A stretch of 64,000 nucleotides of DNA, taken from positions 469,523 through 533,522 of the forward strand of contig CAWIAU010000001.1 of assembly GCA_963834265.1 (NCBI GenBank), written 5' to 3'. Below, one piece after another: positions 8,240-17,940 of this stretch. The stretch's first letter is position 1. Each line of letters opens with the position of its first letter. The notes under the pieces are model-generated. The model saw only the letters and a list, made by a program, of their open reading frames with translations, did not search any database and was not told the DNA's origin. Made by a program: the position numbers and the translations under genes. Source of the DNA: an uncultured bacterium. GTDB lineage: Bacteria; Patescibacteriota; Saccharimonadia; Saccharimonadales; 2-12-FULL-41-12.

Positions 8240-9616
8240 TCATGATTTATTTTCTTTGGTAGGGCTTTCGCCGTGTTTGTGGCGGCCGGCTTTTTCGATG
8301 AACCATAACTGGACAGATGTGCCCTCGTAGCCGAATTCACGGCGCATTTCTGTCTCCAGGTATCGTTTGTAGCTCCAGTGAAGAAATTTGGTATGCGCAC
8401 CGAATATTTTGAATGCAGGAATCGGATTATCATCTTCCTGAACGATATAGTTGAGCTTCGGTGCGCGGTTCCTGAGTCCGGCGGGCGGATGCTTCTCTGC
8501 CACACGGCGCAGCCAGCGGTTAAGTTCGGTGGTTTTGAGCCGTTTGGTACGTTGTTCCATAATATCCATGACAAGAGTATAGATCTGAGTTACATTCTGA
8601 CCCGTTATGCTGCTGGTAAATATTACGGGTGCCCATGGAATAAACTCATAATTACTCTTAATGCGGGGTGTTAATGTGTCCCTGGTATAAGCGTCTTTGT
8701 CTTCGACATCATCCCATTTGCTCACCACGAGAATGAGCCCTTTTCCTGCTTCTTTGATCATACCTGCGATTTTCTGGTCCAGCTGGACATTCAGTTCGCT
8801 GGCGTCCATGAGCAGTAAGCACACGTCTGCCTCTTCGATGGCCGACAATGCGCGGATTACACTGAACTTCTCTACTCCCCGCTCTATCTTACCACTGCGT
8901 CGTATGCCTGCCGTATCGAGTAATTCAATCTCACGCTGGTCGTATTTGATAACTGTACGGTTGATGTCGCGAGTGGTGCCCGCCTTGTCAGCTACAATTG
9001 CCTGTTGCTTCTTAGCTAAGGCATTGAACAGGCTGGACTTGCCGACATTCGGACGTCCCAGCAAAGCTACTCTGATCCGGTCATCCGCTTCGCGAATAGT
9101 GCTCTTAGGCAAAATACCGGACAGATAATCCAGCAAATCATCGAGCCCACGTGCTTGTGTGACAGAGGTAGCAAAAATTTTTTTAATACCCAGTTTTTGA
9201 AGATGATCCGGGCTTTGGCCACGGACTTTGTCAACCTTATTGCCGATCAGTATCACTGGTTTCTTGCTTTTGAGAGCCATTTTGGCAACACGCCGGTCCT
9301 CCTCAGTAATTTGCAGATGTGCTTCGACTATAACTATGATCACATCCGCGCTATCTGCTGCCTGTGCAATCTGTTCCTGTATGGTAAATTCAAAGTCGTC
9401 CTCCGGACTTTTCATACCAGCTGTATCTACCAGCCAGAAATTATGCAGGTCTTTCCCATGCCCTATGGTGGCTTTGGCAATGATACTGTCGCGTGTTGTA
9501 CCAGGTTCATCAGCCACAATGGCTTCGCGTCGACTCAGAACAGCATTAAAGAGACTGGATTTACCCACGTTTGCTCGTCCCACAATTGCCACAATAGGCA
9601 CTTTCTTACTACTCAT
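8240..9616 (-). CDS. der: Ribosome-associated GTPase Der/EngA (tandem GTPase domains plus a KH-like C-terminal domain)
   Basis: Two P-loops (GRANVGKSSLFN and GRPNVGKSSLFN), two DTAG motifs, 458 aa. Confidence 0.92.
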   Translation of the reverse strand: MSSKKVPIVAIVGRANVGKSSLFNAVLSRREAIVADEPGTTRDSIIAKATIGHGKDLHNFWLVDTAGMKSPEDDFEFTIQEQIAQAADSADVIIVIVEAHLQITEEDRRVAKMALKSKKPVILIGNKVDKVRGQSPDHLQKLGIKKIFATSVTQARGLDDLLDYLSGILPKSTIREADDRIRVALLGRPNVGKSSLFNALAKKQQAIVADKAGTTRDINRTVIKYDQREIELLDTAGIRRSGKIERGVEKFSVIRALSAIEEADVCLLLMDASELNVQLDQKIAGMIKEAGKGLILVVSKWDDVEDKDAYTRDTLTPRIKSNYEFIPWAPVIFTSSITGQNVTQIYTLVMDIMEQRTKRLKTTELNRWLRRVAEKHPPAGLRNRAPKLNYIVQEDDNPIPAFKIFGAHTKFLHWSYKRYLETEMRREFGYEGTSVQLWFIEKAGRHKHGESPTKENKS

Positions 9617-9645
9617 TATTTATAGTATACCTCTGTTAACCTTAG

Positions 9646-9675
9646 TTGACAAGGTGAAAGAAATAGTGATATAAA
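9646..9675 (+). promoter_or_regulatory. Sigma70-type promoter: TTGACA, 17/18-bp spacer, ATATAA/TATAAA
   Basis: TTGACA at 9646-9651 and tataaa at 9670-9675, about 20 nt upstream of the 9697 ORF. Confidence 0.55.
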
Positions 9676-9696
9676 TATTACTTCGAACCAAAGAGG

Positions 9697-10227
9697 ATGA
9701 TTCCTGCGAGAGGAGAAAGTTTTATGACAACAGATATGTTCGAGCGCATAGTTCCGGTAATGCAGTTAATCCCGCGCGATGCACATGCCGATCAGTCGCT
9801 GCGGGGCAAGCATGAACGCATACTGGACTCTTTACTGTGGAGAGTTGCCGAAAGCGGCCGAAGCCTTTTTTTTCATCGATGGTCTCTCAGTGACTACAAT
9901 CAGTATGTTGCCGATCTGCGGGTGTCCGATAACCTGAGGCCGGTTAGTGCGAGCCCGGAATTAACCGATGGCAGAGATGGGTGCCGGACTGAGGTAATTA
10001 CCGCCTCCAATATTACAGATGATGAGGCCCGTGAGCTGTGTTATGAAGTACGGGTTGGCTTTATTCAGGCAGTTAACTCAGAGTCAACCAGGGAAACCGG
10101 GTATGGATTTATAATAATGGATGCCTTAGCCACGGAGGCTCACTCTGATATTGAGCCGTCAGAAACTGATACTTCTCTATCCGGACCACAAAGTTTTAAT
10201 GTTCATATGGTTGTCGGCAAACGCTGA
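9697..10227 (+). CDS. Hypothetical protein (176 aa)
   Basis: ORF downstream of a good promoter; no recognisable motif. Confidence 0.5.
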   Translation: MIPARGESFMTTDMFERIVPVMQLIPRDAHADQSLRGKHERILDSLLWRVAESGRSLFFHRWSLSDYNQYVADLRVSDNLRPVSASPELTDGRDGCRTEVITASNITDDEARELCYEVRVGFIQAVNSESTRETGYGFIIMDALATEAHSDIEPSETDTSLSGPQSFNVHMVVGKR

Positions 10228-10260
10228 TTCCGGTTAAGAATTACTATTTGGTTACAACCA

Positions 10261-10965
10261 TTACTTCTTTGGCTTATATATGGGAAAGTTTAACTGTATA
10301 TAATTCCCTGGTTTCGGTTCGTCTGAAGCATTTTTTGAGTTTAGGGAATAATTGCCGAATACGGTTCGGTGAAGTCGGATAATTTTATAGCCCAAAGATT
10401 CAAAAGTGCGGCGTATTTGCCGGTTTCGTCCTTCGCGCATCGTTACATGCCAGCTACGTCGCGTATTATCAATAGCCCGGAGCATAAGGCGACTTGGTCC
10501 GTCATCGAGGTCTATGCCTTTATCGCTGATTATCTGTTGATGTAACGGAGCTAAGGGGCTATCGAGTTCTACTTCATACATTTTAACTTTTTGATATCGG
10601 GGATGGGTAAGCATATTGGCAAGGTCTCCGTCATTTGTCAGCAGCAATAGTCCGCTGGAGTTTTTGTCCAGCCGTCCGACAGGATTCAGATAATGCAATT
10701 CTTCCGGGAGCAAATCATACACTGTTTTGTTTCCCTGCCCGGCTCTGGAGCACACATATCCGACCGGTTTATTGAGCATAACGGTGATGGTATTGATAAG
10801 GGGTGTAATAACACGACCGTCAAGAGTCACCTGATCGGTGTCTGAAACAAATTGTCCCTGAGATGGCAGTTGCCCGTTGACTGTAACTCTTCCTTTCACA
10901 ATAGCGGTATCGGCTGCCCTCCGGCTAAGGCCGCTTGAGCGGGCTATATATTGGTTCAAACGCAT
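10261..10965 (-). CDS. rRNA pseudouridine synthase of the RsuA/RluB family (S4 domain plus catalytic domain)
   Basis: N-terminal S4-like LNQYIARSSGLSRRAADTAI; catalytic region NKPVGYVCS...GRLDKNSSGLLLLTNDG containing the catalytic Asp. Confidence 0.85.
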   Translation of the reverse strand: MRLNQYIARSSGLSRRAADTAIVKGRVTVNGQLPSQGQFVSDTDQVTLDGRVITPLINTITVMLNKPVGYVCSRAGQGNKTVYDLLPEELHYLNPVGRLDKNSSGLLLLTNDGDLANMLTHPRYQKVKMYEVELDSPLAPLHQQIISDKGIDLDDGPSRLMLRAIDNTRRSWHVTMREGRNRQIRRTFESLGYKIIRLHRTVFGNYSLNSKNASDEPKPGNYIQLNFPIYKPKK

Positions 10966-11031
10966 AACTATAGTATAAAGTCCGTGACCTGAACATCAAA
11001 TATCGTTTGATAAATTGTTGCAAACTTCGTA

Positions 11032-12384
11032 TTAGAGAGAAATTTCGTCGTGTTTATCGTTCGCCGGCGTGGATCCGGCCTGAGGTGCGGGAGTAATATT
11101 GCTGCCTGCCGATGGATTGATGACAGCGGCTTTTTTTTCTTCTGCTGCCAGTAGTGCGTCAAAGTCAGGTTTTTTTGCCGGATCGTTGATCGGTTGGATG
11201 ACTTTTTTGTTACGGTTTGTGTTTTCCTGTTCTGCAGTACTGGGCGTGACAACCTGATCGAGTAAGGCAGTGTCTGTTTCAGCCGCCGAAGCCGATACTT
11301 CAGTTTTGGGCTCTTTTTCGGTTGGTTCTTCAGATGACAATGCTGTTTCGGGACCGGAATTGTTATCTGCGTCTGCTGCTATCAGAGCCTGTTCCAGAGT
11401 CAGACCGGCAGATGGCCGTGGTTCTTCAGCTTTGACTGATGTCTGATCAGTAGCAATAGCAGCCGGCTCAGGTGTTTCTACTATTTCATCGGGTGGAGTT
11501 GGCAGTACAACCCCGGCGGGGGTAGCGGAATCCGAAGTAACTGTGGAGGCAGGTGGCACGGAACTCTCAGTAGTAGTCGGGGGTGTTCTAAGCAATGACT
11601 CTACCGCTGCCAGTTCCGGAGACTTTATCGGCGGCTCTGAAGTTTCCGGAGTTCCGGCAATTGTTGTGTCGGCTTGTTCGACTGGTGCAGCCGGAGCAGC
11701 CACTGTTGTGGTGTCTTCGGATGAAGCCGGAGGAGATGTAGAGGGATCTGTCACAGGAGGCGTCGCCTGAACCGGAGGAGGATCTGCAGCTGATACCGCC
11801 GGAGTATCGACAGGCATAGCAGCAGGAGCTGCAACTGCCGGATCAGTAGCAGAAGGGGGCGGAGCGGTGACCGCAGGAGCGACATCCGGTACCGGAGAAG
11901 TAACAACCGTGGGTGCGGGAGTGGCCGGAGTGACCACAGGGCCCACGGTTGCCGGAGTAGTAATAGCAGGCGGCGCCGGAACTTCTGCGACTTTTTTATT
12001 ACTTTCCTCCTGGCTGTGGCCGTCCAGCACGTCGCGTACTACTTTGGCAACGTCTTCCAGGGTTACCTGGGATTTTACGAGATAACGATCCGCGCCTAGC
12101 TTATCGGCCCTGGCTTTGTCTTCTGCCTGAGACAATGCAGTCATCATAATAACTTTGGTATCTTTAGTTTCGGGTGCGTTGCGAAGGATATCCAGCATGT
12201 CAAATCCGCTGATACGCGGCATCATTACATCTGAAATTATCAGATCGGGCTTTTCTTTAACTGCCAGCGCCAGAGCTTCCTCGCCGTCTTTGGCGGCTAC
12301 AATTTCATGACCCTCTGCCTGCAGTCGGGTTCCGTAAATCTCGCGGAGATTATTATCATCCTCAACCAGCATTATCTTCGACAT
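11032..12384 (-). CDS. Response regulator with a single receiver domain (about 120 aa) followed by a roughly 330-aa low-complexity Pro/Thr/Ala/Val-rich tail; no recognisable output domain
   Basis: IMLVEDDNNLREIY...DLIISDVMMPRISGFDMLDIL...KVIMMTAL is a CheY-like receiver; the rest is PATV-rich. Confidence 0.8.
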   Translation of the reverse strand: MSKIMLVEDDNNLREIYGTRLQAEGHEIVAAKDGEEALALAVKEKPDLIISDVMMPRISGFDMLDILRNAPETKDTKVIMMTALSQAEDKARADKLGADRYLVKSQVTLEDVAKVVRDVLDGHSQEESNKKVAEVPAPPAITTPATVGPVVTPATPAPTVVTSPVPDVAPAVTAPPPSATDPAVAAPAAMPVDTPAVSAADPPPVQATPPVTDPSTSPPASSEDTTTVAAPAAPVEQADTTIAGTPETSEPPIKSPELAAVESLLRTPPTTTESSVPPASTVTSDSATPAGVVLPTPPDEIVETPEPAAIATDQTSVKAEEPRPSAGLTLEQALIAADADNNSGPETALSSEEPTEKEPKTEVSASAAETDTALLDQVVTPSTAEQENTNRNKKVIQPINDPAKKPDFDALLAAEEKKAAVINPSAGSNITPAPQAGSTPANDKHDEISL

Positions 12385-12444
12385 TCTAGTACTTCCTCAC
12401 AAAGGTTTGTTGGTTATGGTTATACACCGAAAAGTATAGCATAT

Positions 12445-13773
12445 TCATACCGAAATAGTCGTTTTTTCACTTAGCTGCATTTGAGCAGCCCTGCCGGCAC
12501 TGAGTCGAGGCAGATTAATGTAGAATGTACTGCCTTTTCCCAGCGTACTTTCAGCCCATATAGTGCCTCCGTATAATTCAACGATTTTACGGCAGATAAA
12601 CAATCCCAGACCGGTTCCGCCAATTGAACGGGTAGCTGAGTTGTCGACCCGATAAAACTTCTGGAACAAATGCGGCAGATCTTCAGCAGGAATACCCGGT
12701 CCGGTATCAGCAAGACGGACCTGGACTACTTCCTGATTGCCGGTAATAGCGAGAGAAAGTTTACCCCTCTCGGTGTATTTAACTGCATTATCAGAAAGAT
12801 TCGTTATAACCTCCCGGAATCGATCGGGATCTATGTGGGCATAGTAAATTGGTGCTACAGCTTTCATGCTGCTTCCCCCGGTGTCACTGGCATCTATAAT
12901 ATTTCCGTCGCCACCTGCAGGATGGGAATTAATGATATATTCCATTTCCAGGCCCTTTTTCTGAGCGCTGAATCGCAGATCTTCAGCAAGTTGCTCAAGG
13001 AAAGCTCCCATATCTGTAACGACCGGATGACTGGTCAGCCGACCATCCTCTGCCTTGGCGCTGGTAAGCAGATCCTGGAATAGCTGGCCTAAGTGCTGGG
13101 TGCTTGTATGTGCCTTCTCCAGAAATTCGCGGCCTTTAGCGTCAACGCTACTAACTTTGTCATTAAGTGCGAGTGCCAGATAGCCTTCAATGGCTGCCAC
13201 CGGCGTACGCATCTCGTGGCTGGCAGTACTAATGAAGTCTGCCCGGCGCTTTTCTTCGTCTTTTTCGCGGCTGACGTCACGGAATACCGCGATAGCACCT
13301 ATAAGTTCATTATTTTTCGGAATGATAACGGGTGAGACTACTAAGGATATAAATACTGCCCTGCCTTTGCGTGTCATCAGCTGGGATGTCTGGCTTATGC
13401 GCTCCCGGGTGGCAAGGACTTTAGTAAACGGATGATCTTCGTCTGATATCGCCACCGGTGTCTGCTCGTCTGTATTCAGCCTCAATACTGCCCGGGCATC
13501 CAGATTCACCGCTTCATCAGCCAGCCATTCGGTCATGTTTGACGCGGCAGTATTGACAATATTGATAGCACAGCCGGTATCGACAGCTATAATCCCATCT
13601 GTAATCGATTGGATAAGTATCTCAGATTGAGCTTCTTTACTGCGCAATGCACCGGTCAGTTGGTTGACCTGCTGTTGTCCTCTGGGCCTGCGATGCTTAG
13701 CCCACCAGAACCAGATAAAACCTGACATCGCCAGAAGTACAACGCCCGCTACAATAAGAAGTGGGATTATCAC
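12445..13773 (-). CDS. Sensor histidine kinase (N-terminal TM helix, PAS-like domain, HisKA, HATPase_c); cognate of the adjacent response regulator
   Basis: H-box FISTASHEMRTPVAAIEGY; G-boxes DTGPGIP and GGTGLGLFICRKIV; N-terminal hydrophobic helix. Confidence 0.88.
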   Translation of the reverse strand: MIIPLLIVAGVVLLAMSGFIWFWWAKHRRPRGQQQVNQLTGALRSKEAQSEILIQSITDGIIAVDTGCAINIVNTAASNMTEWLADEAVNLDARAVLRLNTDEQTPVAISDEDHPFTKVLATRERISQTSQLMTRKGRAVFISLVVSPVIIPKNNELIGAIAVFRDVSREKDEEKRRADFISTASHEMRTPVAAIEGYLALALNDKVSSVDAKGREFLEKAHTSTQHLGQLFQDLLTSAKAEDGRLTSHPVVTDMGAFLEQLAEDLRFSAQKKGLEMEYIINSHPAGGDGNIIDASDTGGSSMKAVAPIYYAHIDPDRFREVITNLSDNAVKYTERGKLSLAITGNQEVVQVRLADTGPGIPAEDLPHLFQKFYRVDNSATRSIGGTGLGLFICRKIVELYGGTIWAESTLGKGSTFYINLPRLSAGRAAQMQLSEKTTISV

Positions 13774-13902
13774 AACCGCACGCAGTTATTTATTAGCATA
13801 ATTACTTTTAAGTATACAACAGATGCGGAACATTTACCGACAGACGAATTAACTGCGTGCTTTCTGATTCTTATCTGTTATGATATGATTTCGAGGCTTA
13901 AG

Positions 13903-13921
13903 TTGGTCCCGTCGTCTAACG
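13903..13921 (+). repeat. 19-nt exact duplicate of the 5' end region of tRNA-Glu (ttggtcccgtcgtctaacg), 160 bp upstream of the intact tRNA
   Basis: Identical to 14082-14100; seen directly. Confidence 0.8.
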
Positions 13922-14083
13922 TGAGAAATGCCTGTGGCACTTCCCAAGGAAAGCTTCCGATGGCAACTTGTTGGCAATAGTGAAGTTTCGGGCCCGCGGA
14001 ACGAGGGTAGGACATCTTAAGCGTTTGGTGATTTGGGTATCATAGATACGCTAAAACTTTAAAATTCACGAAAGTTTAATTTT

Positions 14084-14158
14084 GGTCCCGTCGTCTAACG
14101 GTCAGGACACCAGGTTCTCATCCTGGCAATAGGGGTTCGATTCCCCTCGGGATCACCA
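14084..14158 (+). tRNA. tRNA-Glu (anticodon CUC), 75 nt with encoded CCA
   Basis: Cloverleaf: acceptor GGTCCCG/CGGGATC, D-arm GTCT..GGAC, anticodon stem CCAGG/CCTGG with loop TTCTCAT, T-arm AGGGG-TTCGATT-CCCCT; close to the E. coli tRNA-Glu scaffold. Confidence 0.9.
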
Positions 14159-15779
14159 CAAGAGACTTTGCCTCGTGCAAGGTCTTTTTTGATGACGATA
14201 CTTCTTTGTCTAACAGATGTGCTTCACGAAAAACGTATCCAGTTTTTGTGGTTCCAAATTTCATGTCTGCAAATACGCTTACGCCATTAGGCAAAACCAT
14301 CTTTTGGAACCGTAATCTGTTGTCACCATCTGCAATGTTCCACATACGGGCAGCGTTGGCCATATAGTCGATAGCCATATCAATTACTTTGTTCACGTCT
14401 AGGAACTCCTGCTCAATCTCACTGAGTTCAATCTCCATACTGGTACGTTCTATGGCAATCTTGTCTTTTTGCTCCGCAAGTTCGATGTCGTTAATGGCAC
14501 CACGTCTACACATGTCTATATATTCAGACTTTTGTTTGTCGAGGTCTGTTATATTCTTCTGTGCCATCGTTCGTCTGGCAACAGTTTCTGCGTAGTCAGC
14601 ATTCCACTTGCGAAGGACTATCTCTCTAAAAAGAGAAAGAGAGGCTGGAGAGGGCTGTAAGCCCTCAATTAGCCTCTCGAATGCCTCGTGTAACTCCGTA
14701 CGAGCTAGCGTAAGGTGCTTGTACGTACCTTTCTGCTTTCCCGTACGTCGTACTACGCCTTTGCAGTGCGTACAGTGATAGTACTCGTAGGCACCACCTG
14801 AGCGTCCCTTAGAAAGGCTACCTGTAAGCGTATTACCGCAGTAGCCACATGTTAAAAACCGTCGTAATGTCCACCTGCTTCGATTTTCACCATACGTGTG
14901 TTTCGGTTGGTCGTTATCGCCACGTAGCCTTGATTGTATCTGCCAATACTCGTCGGCGGTGATGAGTGCATTGTGAAAATGTAATCCCACTTGCATGTCA
15001 TCAAGCCCTTTACCACTTACAAAACCCGCATATATGGGGTTTCTGAGCATTGAGTAGACTGTGCTTTGACCAACTGGCTTATCGTACATCTTGCTGTATT
15101 TGCGTTTGCCATTAACAAGGGTTAAGCCTTTTGCTTGTATCTTGTACTTGCTGGCTGCTAGCGTAGAGGCACTGTCATTCAATATCTTGCCTTTAGCGAA
15201 ATCCTTGAGAAAACGCTGGACGTGCTTTGCCATCTCATCAGGTTCAACCGTCGGACGCTTTAAGCTATCTTTGATGTTTCGGTACCCAATCGGTGCTTTA
15301 TGTACCCAGCCGCCTTCCTGTAGCCTTGCTTGCATCCCTTTCGATGAACGCTCAGAGCGAACAGCATTGTCAAACTCAGCAAACGAAGCCAAAATGTGCT
15401 CCATTAGCTTGCCAGACGGTGTGTCCTCGAGTAGCTCAGTAGCAGAGCACAGTCTTATGCCCAACTTCATGAATATATTTACCAGTGCTATGTGGTCCTC
15501 GGTTTTACGAGCGAGCCTATCCAGCTTCCACACAACGACGTACTTGATTTCACCCTTATGTTCCATGCAGTAGCTTATAAGCTCTTTGAGCTGAGTACGG
15601 TCGGCAGTTTTGGCACTTTCACCTTCTTCTATGAAAACCCTTTCAACTGTGGCGTTAAGGCTTTTGGCGACAAAGTCACGACAAGCCTTCTCTTGCATCT
15701 CAAGACTTTTGTTCATCTCGGCTTGCTCTACGGTTGATACTCGTGTGTAAATAACAGCTTTCATGCCTGTCTCCTCCAC
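14118..15779 (-). CDS. Large serine recombinase/integrase (resolvase catalytic domain, recombinase domain, zinc ribbon, coiled-coil). The likely start is at 15764 (MKAVIYTRVS). The 3' end overlaps tRNA-Glu by about 40 nt
   Basis: IYTRVSTVEQ (catalytic Ser region), ...VVVWKLDRLAR..., zinc-ribbon CGYCG...CTHC, 553 aa. Confidence 0.9.
   Translation of the reverse strand: MEETGMKAVIYTRVSTVEQAEMNKSLEMQEKACRDFVAKSLNATVERVFIEEGESAKTADRTQLKELISYCMEHKGEIKYVVVWKLDRLARKTEDHIALVNIFMKLGIRLCSATELLEDTPSGKLMEHILASFAEFDNAVRSERSSKGMQARLQEGGWVHKAPIGYRNIKDSLKRPTVEPDEMAKHVQRFLKDFAKGKILNDSASTLAASKYKIQAKGLTLVNGKRKYSKMYDKPVGQSTVYSMLRNPIYAGFVSGKGLDDMQVGLHFHNALITADEYWQIQSRLRGDNDQPKHTYGENRSRWTLRRFLTCGYCGNTLTGSLSKGRSGGAYEYYHCTHCKGVVRRTGKQKGTYKHLTLARTELHEAFERLIEGLQPSPASLSLFREIVLRKWNADYAETVARRTMAQKNITDLDKQKSEYIDMCRRGAINDIELAEQKDKIAIERTSMEIELSEIEQEFLDVNKVIDMAIDYMANAARMWNIADGDNRLRFQKMVLPNGVSVFADMKFGTTKTGYVFREAHLLDKEVSSSKKTLHEAKSLVVIPRGIEPLLPG
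14164..14190 (+). terminator. Intrinsic terminator after tRNA-Glu (stem gactttgc/gcaaggtc plus T6)
   Basis: Hairpin at 14164-14184 followed by tttttt at 14185-14190. Confidence 0.6.
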
Positions 15780-15806
15780 TTATTGTCGTTATTAAATTGT
15801 TAAAGT

Positions 15807-15992
15807 TCAACCAACCATCGTAGAGTTTGGAACCGATGGCTCCTTTTTGATGCTCTTGATGGTGATTTCCGCCATGAGTTCAAGCTCCAAGATTAGTGCC
15901 TCGACTTCGGCATCAGATAAGCTAGCATACTCTTTCCCAAGTAGTTTCCTAGCTTCCTTTGTTGATATTATTTGCTGTTGCTCGTCTAACAT
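15807..15992 (-). CDS. Small hypothetical protein (61 aa) immediately upstream of the serine recombinase; possible recombination directionality or regulatory factor (speculative)
   Basis: ORF only; position in a recombinase operon. Confidence 0.3.
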   Translation of the reverse strand: MLDEQQQIISTKEARKLLGKEYASLSDAEVEALILELELMAEITIKSIKKEPSVPNSTMVG

Positions 15993-16260
15993 GACAAGAC
16001 GATGATAGGCTCATACGGCATTCCGTTCAGGCAGTCACGAGAAAAAGTACGAGACGTATGCGACACGACCTCGCCTAGCAATAGTTCAAATACGGTTTGT
16101 TACGGTTTGTCTCGGTCAATACCTAAAAGAATGTCAGCCATTTCAGTACTAACTCGTATGGGATTTATTAACTCTACTTCGTCTTTGCCAATACGCTTAA
16201 AAAATATATCTTTGAGCAGTTTACTAAAACCACACTGTCTCAAAGTCTCTGATATGTCAT

Positions 16261-16693
16261 CTAGATCTTGCAAGCCGCGTCAACGTCTCTTTTGAGTTCC
16301 GCCAGCTTCACAAGAGAACCAGGACGATTGTTAATGATGTAGCTGGTCAGCAGGTCAGGTTGTAGCCCCGCTCTCAAACGTTTAATATGACGCTTTTTTT
16401 CACCAACTACCAACCATAAGTTAAGCCCATCTTTCATCAGGCGAACCTCAATATCCTTTTGATGACTGGCAGCAGCAGGTGTGGTACGGGGGCTTGAGCT
16501 TTCGTTCAAGTTCAGCGTAGATTACGTCAAACTTGTCTGAGAGCCTAAGCTCAACCGCATCTTCCATCATCGCATCATAATCAAAAATATCTGGGGCACG
16601 ACGTGGTATCGGGTCTACTTTAACAACGGTGAAGTCAAGGTCAAAATTAACAGGCACATTTGCTCTCACCGAATTGGCCATACGCCATATCAT
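16261..16693 (-). pseudogene. Disrupted gene of unknown function (two overlapping reading frames, 82 and 81 aa, with an open upstream extension)
   Basis: Two frames overlap at 16448-16509; the upstream frame continues without a start. Confidence 0.4.
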
Positions 16694-16833
16694 TTCGCGA
16701 GATATTGTTTGCGATACAGCACCAAGCGGTGTTTCACCATTATGCAGGATTAAACCGCTTAATTCTAATCGGTCCTTCTGGAGCTTCTACGTTTTCAATG
16801 ATGATTTTAGTGCGTGTTGCAGGGTTGATGTAG

Positions 16834-17052
16834 TTATACTGCCGATTTTTCGGCAACTGGGCTATCGCTGATACTAGGTCGGACGCTGTAATTTGCATAT
16901 TCGTTATTATTACTTTCTAAGAAGTATAATAGCGTATCTGCTATGCCTTTTGAAAGCACAAAGGGTACTCCGTTGCCAATCATTTTGAACTTTGCACTCA
17001 AGCTAACGGTTGGCGGCAGTTCAAACTCCTTTGGTAATGACTGGAGAGACAT
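16834..17052 (-). pseudogene. C-terminal fragment of a DNA (cytosine-5) methyltransferase (motifs IX-X only)
   Basis: LQSLPKEFELP...KMIGNGVPFVLSKGIADTLL matches the C5-MTase C-terminal motif (RLQGFPDDF...IGNAV); the N-terminal catalytic motifs are absent and the upstream space is occupied by the recombinase fragment. Confidence 0.65.
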
Positions 17053-17141
17053 CGCTTCGGCAACACTTATCCGTCTTGGAAGATAGGGGTGCAGATGAAC
17101 CTCATTATTGCCATATGCACAGGGTGGGCGAATATCTCCAT

Positions 17142-17940
17142 CTATGTAAACTTGGAGACACGCAATAGGTCGGACTTATATGATTTAACCAGTGTAGTTA
17201 CAAAAGTATGCCGAAAACCATGAATAGTCTTTTCAATCTCAAGCTCTGTCAACAATTCTTTTACGACATACCGCAGTCCTCGTGTTGTTAATCGACTGCC
17301 TTTTGTTTTGCCCCAAAGTGATGTGAATAGGGGTAATGCTTCGTCTCGCACCTGTGAGCTGCGTAGATACGCCCTGATGGCTTTGGTCGCCCTCGGGGTG
17401 GAGACAGATGTATTGTTTGCTGTCTCTGCCTTTTCCTAGCACTTGAACACGACCAGAAGCTAGGTCAACATCACCGATGTCCAACCGTACTATTTCTATT
17501 TGCCGAAGCCCTTGATACAGCAGCAATGCTACCACTGCCCGTAAGCGTAGTATCTTGAAACTGTCTGATTGCTCACGAAGGTGCTGACATACCATCTCCG
17601 CTTCCTGCTCCGTCAGACCCTCAACTTTGTGTTGAAGTGTTTGCTGGAACGACTTGACACCCAAGCTCAGGTCAATCGAGATTGCTCCACGCCTATACAG
17701 TTCCTTGAGTGCTATACGGGCAACTGCTAAGTATTTATTCTTGGCGGCAATACCGAAATCTGTTCGGCTACGCAGATATTTCTTATACTCCAGCAATGAA
17801 TTACGGTTGATGCCGTTACGGTGGAGAAAACCCGCAAATTGTGGCAGCCGTGCCAAGTAATCCTGCTTAGTGCTTTCGGCTATGTCCATATCATCAAACA
17901 GTGTCGGTGTGCCAATAACAGATAGAAAATTACTCATCAC
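17142..17940 (-). pseudogene. Tyrosine recombinase (XerC/D or phage-integrase family), frameshifted and C-terminally truncated
   Basis: N-terminal part 17239-17940 has the box I region LRLRAVVALLLYQGLRQIEIVRLDIGDVDL...VLGKGRDSK. The C-terminal HGFRHTFVT motif (HxxRH) is in another frame at 17142-17351. No catalytic Tyr segment was found. Confidence 0.7.

Noticed and set aside
11543-12085. Plus-strand ORFs (75 and 72 aa) inside the response-regulator gene
   Set aside because: They are antisense to a strongly supported CDS and are produced by the GC- and Pro/Ala/Thr-rich low-complexity region. The same applies to 3576-3878 and 4452-4754, which are antisense to the Pro-rich surface protein, and to 58251-58478, which is antisense to the LPXTG protein.
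14118-14158. Trimming the serine recombinase 3' end so that it does not overlap tRNA-Glu
   Set aside because: Overlap of integrase 3' ends with tRNA/att sequences is common for tRNA-targeting integrative elements. The overlap was retained but flagged.
16002-16295. ORF 16002-16295 (+) and other short plus-strand ORFs within 14389-15737
   Set aside because: They are antisense to the serine recombinase or lie in the pseudogene region without RBS or motifs, so they are likely spurious.
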